The notes beneath the pieces were generated by a model that made no database searches, was not told where the DNA came from, and saw only the letters and a program-made list of their open reading frames with translations. A stretch of 64,000 nt of DNA, taken from contig VXSK01000020.1 in assembly GCA_009838035.1 (NCBI GenBank), forward strand, positions 875-64,874, in the 5' to 3' direction. This DNA is from Gammaproteobacteria bacterium. Its GTDB lineage: Bacteria; Pseudomonadota; Gammaproteobacteria; Steroidobacterales; Foliamicaceae. A program made the position numbers and the translations under genes. Positions 16,831 to 31,214 of the stretch are shown here, piece after piece (the first letter of the stretch is position 1; every line of letters begins with the position of its first letter).

Positions 16831-19719
16831 GTGGTGCGGGGGGTAAGGGCGGCAATCGCCGCCATCTGTTTGCTGGGTGGGACATCCACGCCTGCCCAGA
16901 TTCCGGGCGATGGGCCGGATGCGGTTATCGAGGAAGTGGTGGTGACGGGTTCGCGCATTCGGCGCGATCCGATCAACGATGCCACCGGAGTCCTGCGAAT
17001 CGGCATGGAGCAGTTGGAGAATACGGGCCTTACCAACCTGGCCGACGCATTGCAGAACCTGCCCATTGCCGGTTCAGCCCTGAATTCGCAGTTCAACGTG
17101 CCGGGCAATCTGGGCTTTCCCCAGGACGGATCCGGAATCGGCGCCGGATCGGCGCAGATCGCGCTCCGCAACGTCGGCGCCAAGCGCACCCTGGTGCTGG
17201 TGGACGGCCGCCGCTGGATTGCGGGCGCCTCGGCTTCGGGCGTGCCCGGAACGGTGGACCTCAACACCCTTCCCGACAATGCGATACGGCGCATAGAGAT
17301 CCTGCAGGACGGTGCATCGGCGGTGTACGGGTCCGATGCCATAGGAGGCGTGGTCAACATCATTACCGACCGGGACTTCGACGGCTTCCGCTTGAACGTG
17401 CAGTCCGGCGCCCACCTCAGCGAGGGGGACGGCGAGTCCACGGCGCTCGACCTCAAATGGGGCGGAGGCGAGCGCACCCGTTTTTTCCTTAGCGCGAGCT
17501 GGCGCAGCGAGGGCGGCGTGAACACGGCCAGCCGCGCACGTTCGGCGTTTCCCAATCCGGACGCCACGAGTTGCGACGTGGTCCAGTCCCTGTGTTCCTC
17601 GTTCACTCCGCAGGGCCGCTTCGTGTTCGGTCCCAATTTCGCTTCCGGCGCCAGCATCACGCTCAACGATGGCGTGCTGAACGACGGCGGCGCGAACATA
17701 CCGCGCTTCGATCCTGCCAACCCGGCGTCCGGAGATTTCCACGCCTTCACGGGCGCGGACCGCTTCAACTACAACGGCTCCGACTTCAATTATCTGCGCA
17801 CGCCCAACGAGCGCTTGAACCTGTTCGCGAGCGCGCACGGCGAGCTGGGCGCGGGCCTGGAGTTCTTCGCCACGGCTTCCTGGACTCGGCGTTCATCGGC
17901 CACCAAGGCCGCCCCCGAACCGCTGTGCCTGGGCAGCGGCTGCGGCAGCCGCATCGCCGAGAACTTCTTCATTTCGGCTCGGAACCCGTACAACCCCTTT
18001 GGCGTGGACCTTTCCCCGGCCGACGGGACGCTGCGTTTCTTCGGCCGCCGGCCGCTGGAGTCCGGCCGCCGCTTGTTCTACCAGCGGGTCCATACCGGGT
18101 TCGCCACAGCCGGGCTGAACGGCGAATTCGGGTTCCTGGATCGCGGCTTCTTCTGGGAGTTCCACGCCAGCTACGGCGAGAATGACGGCGAGCAGACCAA
18201 GTACAACTCCCACAACGCCGCCAGATTGCAGATTGCGATGGGCGACCCGGACGTGTGCGCCGCCACCCCGGGCTGCGTTCCTTTCAATTTCTTCGGCGGC
18301 CAGGGGCCCGACGGCGCAGGCTCCATCACCCGCGAGATGCTCGATTTCGTCGGCTATACGCAACGCGATTACAGCCGCCAGACGCTTAAGAATGCGGCCG
18401 TCAACGTAACGGGCGATGTCTTCAGCCTGCCGGCCGGGGAAGCCGGGTTTTCCGCCGGCGTGGAGTGGAGGGACCACGCCGGCTGGTTCCGTCCCGACCC
18501 GGTCGCCGAGCGCGGCGAGACCGCCGGGGTTCCGGCGGGCCGGACGAACGGCGGATTCAGCGCCGCGGAGTACTACGCCGAATTGAGCATGCCCCTGCTC
18601 GATTCCGGCGCCCGATACTGGGAACTGAACCTGGCCGCGCGCGCGTCCGACTACAGCACCTTCGGAACGGAAACCACCTACAAGGCCGGCATGCTGTTCC
18701 GGCCCCTCGAGGACCTGTCGCTGCGGGCGTCGGCCTCGACCGGCTTCCGGGCGCCCGGCATCGGCGAACTGTTCGGGGGCGCGGCACAGGAGCATTTCAC
18801 TTTCGTGGATCCGTGCTCGGACGTGCTTGGACAGTTCGGCTCCGCCAATGGAGGCCGCGACGCGCCCCAGCCGCAGTCCATCGTCTCCAACTGCGCGGCC
18901 CTCGGCGTGCCGCAGTCTTTCGTGCAGACCAACCCGCAACTGACCGCGATTTCCGCCGGCAACCGCTCGCTGGATCCGGAGGAGTCCCATGGCCTGACCC
19001 TGGGCGCTGTGTGGAGCCGGCAGTTCGGCGCCGGCGGGGGACTCACGGCTTCGATCGACTACTACCGCCTCGAGATCGACGAGGCCGTGCAGGGCAGGAA
19101 CCCCGGCGATGTCCTGGCCGCCTGCGTCGGCACACTCGATCCGTTTTTCTGCGACCTGACGCCCCGCGCCGCGGGCGGCACGCTGGAGGTCATCGACAAC
19201 CGGCTGCAGAACATCGGCGCCATCGAGGCTTCCGGCTGGGACGTGCAACTGGCCTACAACAGTCCGGAGTGGCGCATCGGCCGGTTCAGGGCCGTCATCA
19301 ATGCGACGGTGCTGAGCGAGTACGTCGAGCGGACCGCGAACGCCGACGGCACGCAAACGCGGACCGACCGGACCGGAACGCACACCGACGAGACCTTTCA
19401 ACGGGCTTTTCCGGAATTGCGCTGGGTGGCGGACATCGAATGGATGAAGAACCGATGGACCGGCGCGCTCGGTTTCCGCTGGACCGATGAGATGGAACTG
19501 GAGAGCGGAAGCTCGGTGGAATCCGTTCTCTACACCGACCTCAGGATCGGCTACACCCCGCGGATTATGGGCGACCGCTGGACCATTTCACTGGGGTTCA
19601 ACAACCTGTTCGACGTGGACCCTCCGCTGTGCTTCCCCTGCGGAGTGATCGGCATGAGCCTCGTCGCGCACGATCTTCCCGGCCGCGTCGGCTACCTGCG
19701 TTTCAGCTACCAGCGCTAG
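16831..19719 (+). CDS. TonB-dependent receptor (large, no signalling domain)
   Basis: GTG at 16831, after the hemY stop. Signal peptide, then plug motifs EEVVVTGSRIRRDP and ILQDGASAVYGSDAIGGVVNIITDRDFDG. Loops are rich in Cys pairs. About 962 aa. Confidence 0.88.
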   Translation: MVRGVRAAIAAICLLGGTSTPAQIPGDGPDAVIEEVVVTGSRIRRDPINDATGVLRIGMEQLENTGLTNLADALQNLPIAGSALNSQFNVPGNLGFPQDGSGIGAGSAQIALRNVGAKRTLVLVDGRRWIAGASASGVPGTVDLNTLPDNAIRRIEILQDGASAVYGSDAIGGVVNIITDRDFDGFRLNVQSGAHLSEGDGESTALDLKWGGGERTRFFLSASWRSEGGVNTASRARSAFPNPDATSCDVVQSLCSSFTPQGRFVFGPNFASGASITLNDGVLNDGGANIPRFDPANPASGDFHAFTGADRFNYNGSDFNYLRTPNERLNLFASAHGELGAGLEFFATASWTRRSSATKAAPEPLCLGSGCGSRIAENFFISARNPYNPFGVDLSPADGTLRFFGRRPLESGRRLFYQRVHTGFATAGLNGEFGFLDRGFFWEFHASYGENDGEQTKYNSHNAARLQIAMGDPDVCAATPGCVPFNFFGGQGPDGAGSITREMLDFVGYTQRDYSRQTLKNAAVNVTGDVFSLPAGEAGFSAGVEWRDHAGWFRPDPVAERGETAGVPAGRTNGGFSAAEYYAELSMPLLDSGARYWELNLAARASDYSTFGTETTYKAGMLFRPLEDLSLRASASTGFRAPGIGELFGGAAQEHFTFVDPCSDVLGQFGSANGGRDAPQPQSIVSNCAALGVPQSFVQTNPQLTAISAGNRSLDPEESHGLTLGAVWSRQFGAGGGLTASIDYYRLEIDEAVQGRNPGDVLAACVGTLDPFFCDLTPRAAGGTLEVIDNRLQNIGAIEASGWDVQLAYNSPEWRIGRFRAVINATVLSEYVERTANADGTQTRTDRTGTHTDETFQRAFPELRWVADIEWMKNRWTGALGFRWTDEMELESGSSVESVLYTDLRIGYTPRIMGDRWTISLGFNNLFDVDPPLCFPCGVIGMSLVAHDLPGRVGYLRFSYQR

Positions 19720-19789
19720 CGTTCGCAACCGCTTGCGCTTTCACAACATATCCGATAGCGTTGCGCAAGTACGATCCGTATCGCGAATA

Positions 19790-20107
19790 GTGGTGAAGAA
19801 GTTGAGTCATCCGCAGGTTTCGAACAAGAGTTATGCCATCGCCGTGTGCCTGTCGGCCATTTTCGGCGTAGTGGGAATTCAGCATTTCTACCTGGAGCGC
19901 TGGGTCGAAGCGATCCTCGACTTTTCCCTTTGCATTGCAACCCTGTATCTGCTTTTCACCGGGCAGTGGCTATGGGCTTTGCTTGTGGGCGCCGTGGATG
20001 CGCTGCACACGCTGATCGTGACCATCCTGTTGCTTACCGGATCGTTCAATGACGGCCACGGCAAGCGCGTCTGCTATCCCGGACAGAAACTCGCAGTAGG
20101 AGCCTAG
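19790..20107 (+). CDS. TM2 domain-containing protein (start uncertain, no in-frame ATG)
   Basis: KSYAIAVCLSAIFGVVGIQHFYLERW matches the TM2 pattern (G..G.H.FY). Two TM helices. Possible starts are GTG 19790/19793 or TTG 19733/19802. Confidence 0.6.
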   Translation: MVKKLSHPQVSNKSYAIAVCLSAIFGVVGIQHFYLERWVEAILDFSLCIATLYLLFTGQWLWALLVGAVDALHTLIVTILLLTGSFNDGHGKRVCYPGQKLAVGA

Positions 20108-20109
20108 GA

Positions 20110-20373
20110 ATGAATGACTTGAACCAGGCAAGCGCCGGCGGGACCGGCACTCAGGCCACGGTAAGCGAAAAGGGTTTTGTGCCTGCCTTGCTGCTCGCCA
20201 TCCTGCTCGGCGGTCTTGGCGTGCATCGGTTCTACGTGGGCAAGATCGGAACCGGAATCCTCATGATTCTGACCCTGGGCGGCCTGGGCATCTGGACTCT
20301 GGTGGACATCATCATGATCGCCGTAGGTTCTTTTACCGACAAGCAGGGCTTGCCGATCAAGGTATCGCACTAG
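20110..20373 (+). CDS. TM2 domain-containing protein
   Basis: AGGAG lies 8 nt upstream of the ATG. KGFVPALLLAILLGGLGVHRFYVGK...GIWTLVDIIMIAVGSFTD is a canonical TM2 domain. Confidence 0.8.
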   Translation: MNDLNQASAGGTGTQATVSEKGFVPALLLAILLGGLGVHRFYVGKIGTGILMILTLGGLGIWTLVDIIMIAVGSFTDKQGLPIKVSH

Positions 20374-21202
20374 GGTCCACAGACCCCAGTGCCGCGCCGA
20401 CCTCATCCGGGTACGGCCGCGTTTCAAATTCCGGCCACCCGTTGTCGGCCGCCGAGGTCCGGATCGCCTCGATTCGCCGGTTGATGGCCGGATGCATTGA
20501 CAGCATCTCACGCACCGTGCCCTTGGCGTCCGGGAGGGATTTGGCGTCGAATGGGCGAAGCACCTCAAACAGGCGCGTCGCGCCACCGACGTGGCCGTAG
20601 TGTGCATGTAAGGCCAGCAGCGCATCCCGATCCGCGACCGCTTCCTGCTCCCTGCTGTAGCGTCTGATCAGCAGTTGGCTGCCCGCCAGGCCTCCGCTTC
20701 CGGCTGAGGAAAGCGCGATGTCCAGCAACAGGCCCCGCCCGACGCTTCGCAACGGGTCTCGATTGATGCAGTGGGCCAGTTCGTGCGCAAGCACCATGGC
20801 CAGGCTGTTCTCGCTGTCGAGCGCGTGCAGCAGCCCTTCAAGCACGAATATGTGCCCGCCCAGGGTCGCGGCGGCGTTCGGAGGCCCCTTCACCACGTGA
20901 ACGCGAATGTTCAGTCCGTGCGGCGGATGCATATCTGCTGCGATCCGGCGCGTCAGGTCTTCGACGTAGTCCTGCAGCACCGGATCGCTGGGCTCAAGGA
21001 AACGGTCTTTCACCAGCATCACGTACCGGTCCACGAAGCGCCGTTCGCTCTCGTGGCTGATCAGCAGCAGCCAGCGGTCGGCCGTCAGAAAAGCAGCGAT
21101 CAGAATCAAAGCAAATGCGGTCGTGCCGGCTGCGACAACGTAGAGGAATCGCTGTATGCGCCGGGATTCGTCCGCGCCGATTTCGTGGCGGTACCGAGTC
21201 AT
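20357..21202 (-). CDS. M48 family zinc metallopeptidase
   Basis: HExxH in VLAHELAHCINRD, an N-terminal TM helix, and the downstream E of the M48 motif (REQEAVAD). Start taken at the ATG at 21202. Confidence 0.85.
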   Translation of the reverse strand: MTRYRHEIGADESRRIQRFLYVVAAGTTAFALILIAAFLTADRWLLLISHESERRFVDRYVMLVKDRFLEPSDPVLQDYVEDLTRRIAADMHPPHGLNIRVHVVKGPPNAAATLGGHIFVLEGLLHALDSENSLAMVLAHELAHCINRDPLRSVGRGLLLDIALSSAGSGGLAGSQLLIRRYSREQEAVADRDALLALHAHYGHVGGATRLFEVLRPFDAKSLPDAKGTVREMLSMHPAINRRIEAIRTSAADNGWPEFETRPYPDEVGAALGSVDPSAIP

Positions 21203-21384
21203 CGGGAATTGTCGGGCCTGTGCTGTCCTGTCAAGGAAAGGTACCACGACTTCGAACGGCCCATTTCGCGCCCGTACGCCTCGCATGGCGCCTGCAACTC
21301 GGAGTACAATTGCGGTTCGTCGAAGCGAATCCGGCGATGGCCGGCGAGTGCCACCCGAGCCGATAGAGGGCAGGTGGCGTTTTT

Positions 21385-21789
21385 ATGTTTGAATCCATGC
21401 GAAAGTCGGCCATGCGTCTGGTGTTGGTGCAGGCTGCGGCCGGTGCCATTGCGGGTGCGATTGCCTGGCCGGCATTCGGCCGCGCGGCCGGCATGGCGAC
21501 ACTGGCCGGCGCGTTCATCGGTCTGTTCGGCAGCCTGTTCATGGTTGCCGGCCTGCTGCGGGTGCGCAGCGGCGCCACCCCCGGCCAGATGCTCGCCATG
21601 TTGCTGGCGGGCGAAGCGGCAAAACTGCTCGTGTGCGCGGTGGGTTTCGCCTTGTGCATCATCGTCTTCGACCTGGTTTTCCTGGGGTTGCTGGCCGGAT
21701 TCGTGGCCACGATGCTGGGATACTGGGCCGGGCTGCTGCCGGCGGTACTCGGGGAAGGCACGCCGCCCGCCGCACCGGCCGGGCGATAG
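21385..21789 (+). CDS. atpI: ATP synthase protein I
   Basis: Small hydrophobic protein directly upstream of atpB. Assigned by position and size. Confidence 0.7.
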   Translation: MFESMRKSAMRLVLVQAAAGAIAGAIAWPAFGRAAGMATLAGAFIGLFGSLFMVAGLLRVRSGATPGQMLAMLLAGEAAKLLVCAVGFALCIIVFDLVFLGLLAGFVATMLGYWAGLLPAVLGEGTPPAAPAGR

Positions 21790-22977
<1,188 letters not shown>

Positions 22978-22986
22978 GCATCGCTT

Positions 22987-23457
22987 ATGAGCATCAACGC
23001 GACACTGCTGGCGCAATGCCTGGTATTCCTGGCGCTCGTCTGGTTCACGATGAAGTTCATCTGGCCGCAGGTGCTCGAGGCCATCGACCAGCGCAACAAG
23101 GAGATCGCCGACGGCCTGGAGGCCGCGGCCCAGGGGCGAAGCGAACTGGACGCGGCGCAGGGCCGGATCGAGCAACTCGTTTCGGAGGCGCGCAGCCAGG
23201 CCTCGGAGATCATCGAGCAGGCCAACGGACGAGCGTCGCGCATCGTGGATGAAGCGCGAGAGGAGGGCGAACGCGAGCGCCTGCGGCTGGTCGAATCGGC
23301 CCACTCGGAGATCGAACGCGAAACCATGCAGGCCCGCGACGAACTCCGCGAGCAGGTGGCGGAGCTGGCGATTGCCGGCGCCGAGAAAATCCTCCAGCGC
23401 GAAATCGACGCGGGCGTGCACGGCGCCATGCTGCAGCGCTTCGCCAACCGGATCTGA
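22987..23457 (+). CDS. atpF: F0F1 ATP synthase subunit b
   Basis: N-terminal TM helix followed by a long charged coiled coil. Operon position. Confidence 0.9.
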   Translation: MSINATLLAQCLVFLALVWFTMKFIWPQVLEAIDQRNKEIADGLEAAAQGRSELDAAQGRIEQLVSEARSQASEIIEQANGRASRIVDEAREEGERERLRLVESAHSEIERETMQARDELREQVAELAIAGAEKILQREIDAGVHGAMLQRFANRI

Positions 23458-24008
23458 TGGACTCGCCCGGCGCCATTGCCAGGCCCTACGCGCGGGCGGC
23501 CTTCGCCCATGCGAAGGACCGCGGCGGCGTGGCCCAGTGGTCGGCGGCGCTGAAGACGGCCGCGTCCGCGGCCGCGGATCCGCAGTTGCGCGCGGCGCTG
23601 GAATCCTCCGATACGAGCAGGGCGGCGACCGAACTGCTATGCCAACTGCTGGAAGACGCGGCCGCATGGGAAATCGACGGAGTACGCAACCTGATGCGGC
23701 TGCTTCGGGAAAACCGCCGTATGGGCGCGCTCGGCGCGATCGCGGAGCAGTTCGAGCAATTGTGGCGCGAAGACTCCCGGCGGGTCGAAGCGGTGCTGGT
23801 CTCCGCGGCGCCGCTCGACGTGGAGCAGCAGGAGGCGATCGCCGGAGCGCTCAAGGCGCGCCTTGGACGCGAAGTGGATTTTCGCTTCGAACTGGATGAA
23901 AACCTTCTGGGCGGGGTCCGCGTGCAGGTGGGCGACCAGGTCCTCGACGGTTCGGCTCGGGCCGGCCTGAACACTCTGGCCGCCGCACTTGGCCGGCCCG
24001 GAAACTAG
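23457..24008 (+). CDS. atpH: F0F1 ATP synthase subunit delta
   Basis: IARPYARAAF N-terminus typical of OSCP/delta. Operon position. Confidence 0.88.
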   Translation: MDSPGAIARPYARAAFAHAKDRGGVAQWSAALKTAASAAADPQLRAALESSDTSRAATELLCQLLEDAAAWEIDGVRNLMRLLRENRRMGALGAIAEQFEQLWREDSRRVEAVLVSAAPLDVEQQEAIAGALKARLGREVDFRFELDENLLGGVRVQVGDQVLDGSARAGLNTLAAALGRPGN

Positions 24009-24035
24009 GCCCAAAAAAGGAAAACGGGTATTGGA

Positions 24036-25577
<1,542 letters not shown>

Positions 25578-25613
25578 GCGGGGCGGCCGGGAGCAACAGC
25601 AGGTATCTGACGA

Positions 25614-27885
<2,272 letters not shown>

Positions 27886-27887
27886 CC

Positions 27888-28304
27888 ATGGCTTCCATTC
27901 ACATAGACATCGTCAGCGCCGAGGGCGCAATCTACTCCGGCGACGCGGATTTCGTCGTTGCGCCCGCTTCGCAGGGCGACGTCGGCATCGCGCCGCGGCA
28001 TGCTCCGCTCCTGACCGAACTGCGTCCCGGGCCGGTGCGGGTGCAATGCGAGGGCGAGGACGAGCGGCTCTTCTACGTGACCGGAGGCTTGCTCGAGATT
28101 CAGCCCGACGCCGTGATCGTGCTGGCCGATTCGGCGCTCCGGCCGGACCAGCTGGACGTGAACGCCGCCGAGGAAGCCCGCAGGCAGGCCGAGGAAGCCC
28201 TGGAGGGCGCCACCGAGAAATCCGACATCGAAAAGGCCCAGCGCGACCTCGCCGAGGCCGCCGCGCGCCACCGTGCGCTGAAGAAACTTCGCGGGCAGGA
28301 CTGA
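27888..28304 (+). CDS. atpC: F0F1 ATP synthase subunit epsilon
   Basis: ATG at 27888, 2 nt after the atpD stop. IVSAEGAIYSG beta-sandwich N-terminus and a helical C-terminus. Confidence 0.93.
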   Translation: MASIHIDIVSAEGAIYSGDADFVVAPASQGDVGIAPRHAPLLTELRPGPVRVQCEGEDERLFYVTGGLLEIQPDAVIVLADSALRPDQLDVNAAEEARRQAEEALEGATEKSDIEKAQRDLAEAAARHRALKKLRGQD

Positions 28305-28371
28305 ATTTTTCACCAAAGTCCGGAAAGTGTTACAACGGCGCGCTTTTCGGGCTTGATTTCGGCAGTTCCCC

Positions 28372-28404
28372 ACAAGTTTTTCCACAGAAAATGTGGATAC
28401 TTGT
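28372..28404. promoter_or_regulatory. Nested AT-rich inverted repeat ACAAGT-TTT-TCCACA-GAAAA-TGTGGA-T-ACTTGT
   Basis: Read directly. 12 paired positions centred on 28389, overlapping the first candidate start (GTG 28393) of the amidase gene. Candidate operator, or a stem-loop closing the atp operon. Confidence 0.3.
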
Positions 28405-29853
28405 ATCCCGCGCGTGAGCATTTTTCCCGAATACGAATCGTATGATGCCGTCGGCCTGGCCGAGCTGGTGCGCTCCGGTCAGGTCGATGCCGCGGAGCTG
28501 CTGGCGGCGGCCATCGAGCGTTGTGAACGGCGCAACCCCTCCGTCAACGCGGTGGTCCATGCCTTTTATGATCGCGCCCGCGGAACCCTGGCCGAAAAGG
28601 GGCGCAGTGGTCCGCTTGCCGGCGTGCCCTTCCTGTTGAAGGATGTCGGCGCCCACTACGGGGGAGAGCCCACCGGCTACGCCTGCCGCTTGTTTGACGG
28701 GTTCGTGGCCGAGCGGGACACCACTCTGGTTCGCCGCTACCGGCAGGCGGGGCTGGTGATTTTCGGGAAGACCAATACGCCGGAACTGGCGCTGGCGGTC
28801 ACAACCGAACCGGAGCTGACCGGGCCGACATTGAACCCCTGGAATCCCGAATACTCGCCGGGCGGCTCCAGCGGCGGCGCGGCGGCGGCGGTGGCGGCCG
28901 GCATTGTCCCGGCAGCGCATGGCAGCGATGGCGGAGGTTCCATCCGCATACCGGCCTCCCTTTGCGGTCTGGTCGGCCTCAAGCCCACCCGCGGCCGTAT
29001 CCCCACCGGCCCGGACCGGGCCGAGGGCTGGGCCGGCATGGCTCAGAATCACGTGATTACACGTAGCGTGCGCGATTCCGCGGCCTTCCTCGACGCGGTG
29101 GAAGGCGCGGAACCCGGGGACCCCTATCATCCGCCGGCCCATCGCGGGACGTGGATGGAAACGCTGGAAAAACCGGCTGGCGCATTGCGCGTGGCGCTTG
29201 TTCAGGACTCGTTCAATGGAGCGCCCGTCGACCCCGACGTCATCGAAGTGGTCAGGGACACGGCCCGCATGTGCGAAGTGCTCGGACATCAGGTGGAGGA
29301 GGCGCGCTGCCCGCTGTCGCCCGAGCAACTCCACAACTGCGCCACTCTGATTCTGAGCTCACACGTCAACGCCGACATACAGGCGCGCTGCGAGGCGCTG
29401 GGCCGCGAATTCCGCCGGGAGGACGTGTCGTACGTGACCTGGCGGATGGCGCGGGCCGGGGCGGAAGCCAGCGCGTCGGAATATGCTGCGGCGATGAGCC
29501 ATATCCATTACATTGGGCGCCGGATGGGAGAATTCTGCGACCGATATGACGTCATACTCTCCCCGACCACGGCGGCTCCGGCGCCCCGCCTGGGTGAGAT
29601 CGACATGGACACCGAGGACCTGAAGGGCTATATGCAAGTCACCAACCGCTACACGGCCTTTACGCAATTGCTCAACGTGACCGGTCAGCCCGCCGTCTCC
29701 CTGCCGCTCGGCCGGTCGGCCAAGGGCCTGCCGATCGGCGTGCAGCTGGCCGCCCCGCAGGGCGGCGAAGGCCTGTTGTTCGGCCTGGCGGCGCAACTTG
29801 AACAAGCGCGGCCCTGGACCGGCCTGTGTCCCGGGTATGGAGGTCCTTCCTGA
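28393..29853 (+). CDS. Amidase (amidase-signature family)
   Basis: AS-family Gly/Ser-rich core GGSSGGAAAAVAAG...GSDGGGSIRIPA, with the catalytic Lys region GVPFLLKD. The start is GTG 28393 or GTG 28414. Confidence 0.88.
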   Translation: MDTCIPRVSIFPEYESYDAVGLAELVRSGQVDAAELLAAAIERCERRNPSVNAVVHAFYDRARGTLAEKGRSGPLAGVPFLLKDVGAHYGGEPTGYACRLFDGFVAERDTTLVRRYRQAGLVIFGKTNTPELALAVTTEPELTGPTLNPWNPEYSPGGSSGGAAAAVAAGIVPAAHGSDGGGSIRIPASLCGLVGLKPTRGRIPTGPDRAEGWAGMAQNHVITRSVRDSAAFLDAVEGAEPGDPYHPPAHRGTWMETLEKPAGALRVALVQDSFNGAPVDPDVIEVVRDTARMCEVLGHQVEEARCPLSPEQLHNCATLILSSHVNADIQARCEALGREFRREDVSYVTWRMARAGAEASASEYAAAMSHIHYIGRRMGEFCDRYDVILSPTTAAPAPRLGEIDMDTEDLKGYMQVTNRYTAFTQLLNVTGQPAVSLPLGRSAKGLPIGVQLAAPQGGEGLLFGLAAQLEQARPWTGLCPGYGGPS

Positions 29854-31202
29854 TGGCCGGAGAATTGAACGTGGTCATTTTGGCCGCCGGCCAAGGCACC
29901 CGGATGCGCTCCGCCATACCCAAGCCGCTGCACCTGCTGGCAGGCAAACCTCTGCTGGCGCACGTCATCGACAGCGCGGCCGTCCTCGATCCCGATCGCA
30001 TCGTGGTGGTTTGCGGGCACGGCGCCGAGCCGGTGCGCGCGGCTTTCTCCGGGGCGCCGATCGACTGGGTCGAGCAGGAGGAGCAACTGGGGTCGGGACA
30101 CGCCGTAATTCAGGCGCTGCCGTCGATCGATCCCGGCGCGCGCGTCCTGGTGCTGTATTCGGACGTCGCGCTGGTCACCGGCGAAACGCTTCGGCGGCTG
30201 GTGGCCGACGACAACGGCGTGTCGCTGTTGACGGCCGAAGTGGAGGATCCATCGGGTTACGGACGCATCGTCCGGAATCCGGACGGCGCGGTGGCGGGCA
30301 TTGTCGAACATGCGGACGCCACGCCCGAACAGCGGCTTGTGCGCGAAATCAACGTCGGGCCGATGGCGGCGCCCGGCGATTGGCTGGGCAAGGCTTGCCG
30401 GGCGCTCAAGCCTGCGGGGGGAAAACAGGAAATCTACCTTACCCACACAGTTGACATCGCACTTGCCGAGGGCACGCCCGTGCGCGCGGTCGGGACCGGT
30501 GGGCCGGACGAGGCAATGGGCGTCAACAGCCCCGCGCAACTCGCCGAAGCCGAACGCCTGCTTCGGCGCCGGCGAACCGGCGAATTGATGGAGGCAGGCG
30601 TGCGGATTGCGGATCCCCAGCGTATCGAGATCCGGGCCGACGTGCAGGCGGGCCGGGACGTGTTCCTCGACGTGGGCGTGGTCCTCGAAGGGGAAATCGT
30701 CCTGGGCGACGGCGCCAGCATCGGCGCCTACAGCGTGGTGTCGGACACCCGGATCGACGAGGGCGCGCGCATTGAACCGCATTGCGTGGTGGACGGCGCC
30801 CACATCGGAGCGCGGGCCCGCGTGGGTCCCTTCGCCCGGCTGCGGCCGCAGGCCAGTCTGGGGGAGGAAGCGCGGGTCGGCAACTTCGTTGAGGTCAAGA
30901 ACAGCGAGCTTGGCGACGGCGCCAAGGCATCGCACCTCAGTTACGTCGGCGATTCCGAGGTCGGCAGGGAGGTCAATATCGGCGCCGGAGTGATTACCTG
31001 CAATTACGACGGGAAGCGAAAGCACCGCACGGTGATCGGCGAAGGCGCGTTTATCGGTTCGGGCGTGGAACTGGTGGCCCCGGTGGAAGTCGGCGCCGGA
31101 GCCATGATCGGCGCCGGTTCCACAATCACCAAGCCGGCTCCGGCGGACCAGCTAACCGTGGCCCGGTCACGGCAGAAAACGCTGCCGTTGAAGAAGCGCT
31201 AG
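29853..31202 (+). CDS. glmU: Bifunctional UDP-N-acetylglucosamine diphosphorylase / GlcN-1-P N-acetyltransferase
   Basis: LAAGQGTRMRS nucleotidyltransferase motif. C-terminal left-handed beta-helix hexapeptide repeats. The ATG overlaps the amidase stop. Confidence 0.95.
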   Translation: MAGELNVVILAAGQGTRMRSAIPKPLHLLAGKPLLAHVIDSAAVLDPDRIVVVCGHGAEPVRAAFSGAPIDWVEQEEQLGSGHAVIQALPSIDPGARVLVLYSDVALVTGETLRRLVADDNGVSLLTAEVEDPSGYGRIVRNPDGAVAGIVEHADATPEQRLVREINVGPMAAPGDWLGKACRALKPAGGKQEIYLTHTVDIALAEGTPVRAVGTGGPDEAMGVNSPAQLAEAERLLRRRRTGELMEAGVRIADPQRIEIRADVQAGRDVFLDVGVVLEGEIVLGDGASIGAYSVVSDTRIDEGARIEPHCVVDGAHIGARARVGPFARLRPQASLGEEARVGNFVEVKNSELGDGAKASHLSYVGDSEVGREVNIGAGVITCNYDGKRKHRTVIGEGAFIGSGVELVAPVEVGAGAMIGAGSTITKPAPADQLTVARSRQKTLPLKKR

Positions 31203-31214
31203 CCCCGCAGGGCC

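Noticed and set aside
21314-21332. GGTTCG...GAATCC resembling a tRNA T-arm in the M48/atpI intergenic region
   Set aside because: The motif is interrupted by 7 extra nucleotides, and no acceptor, D or anticodon arms can be drawn around it. It is not a tRNA.
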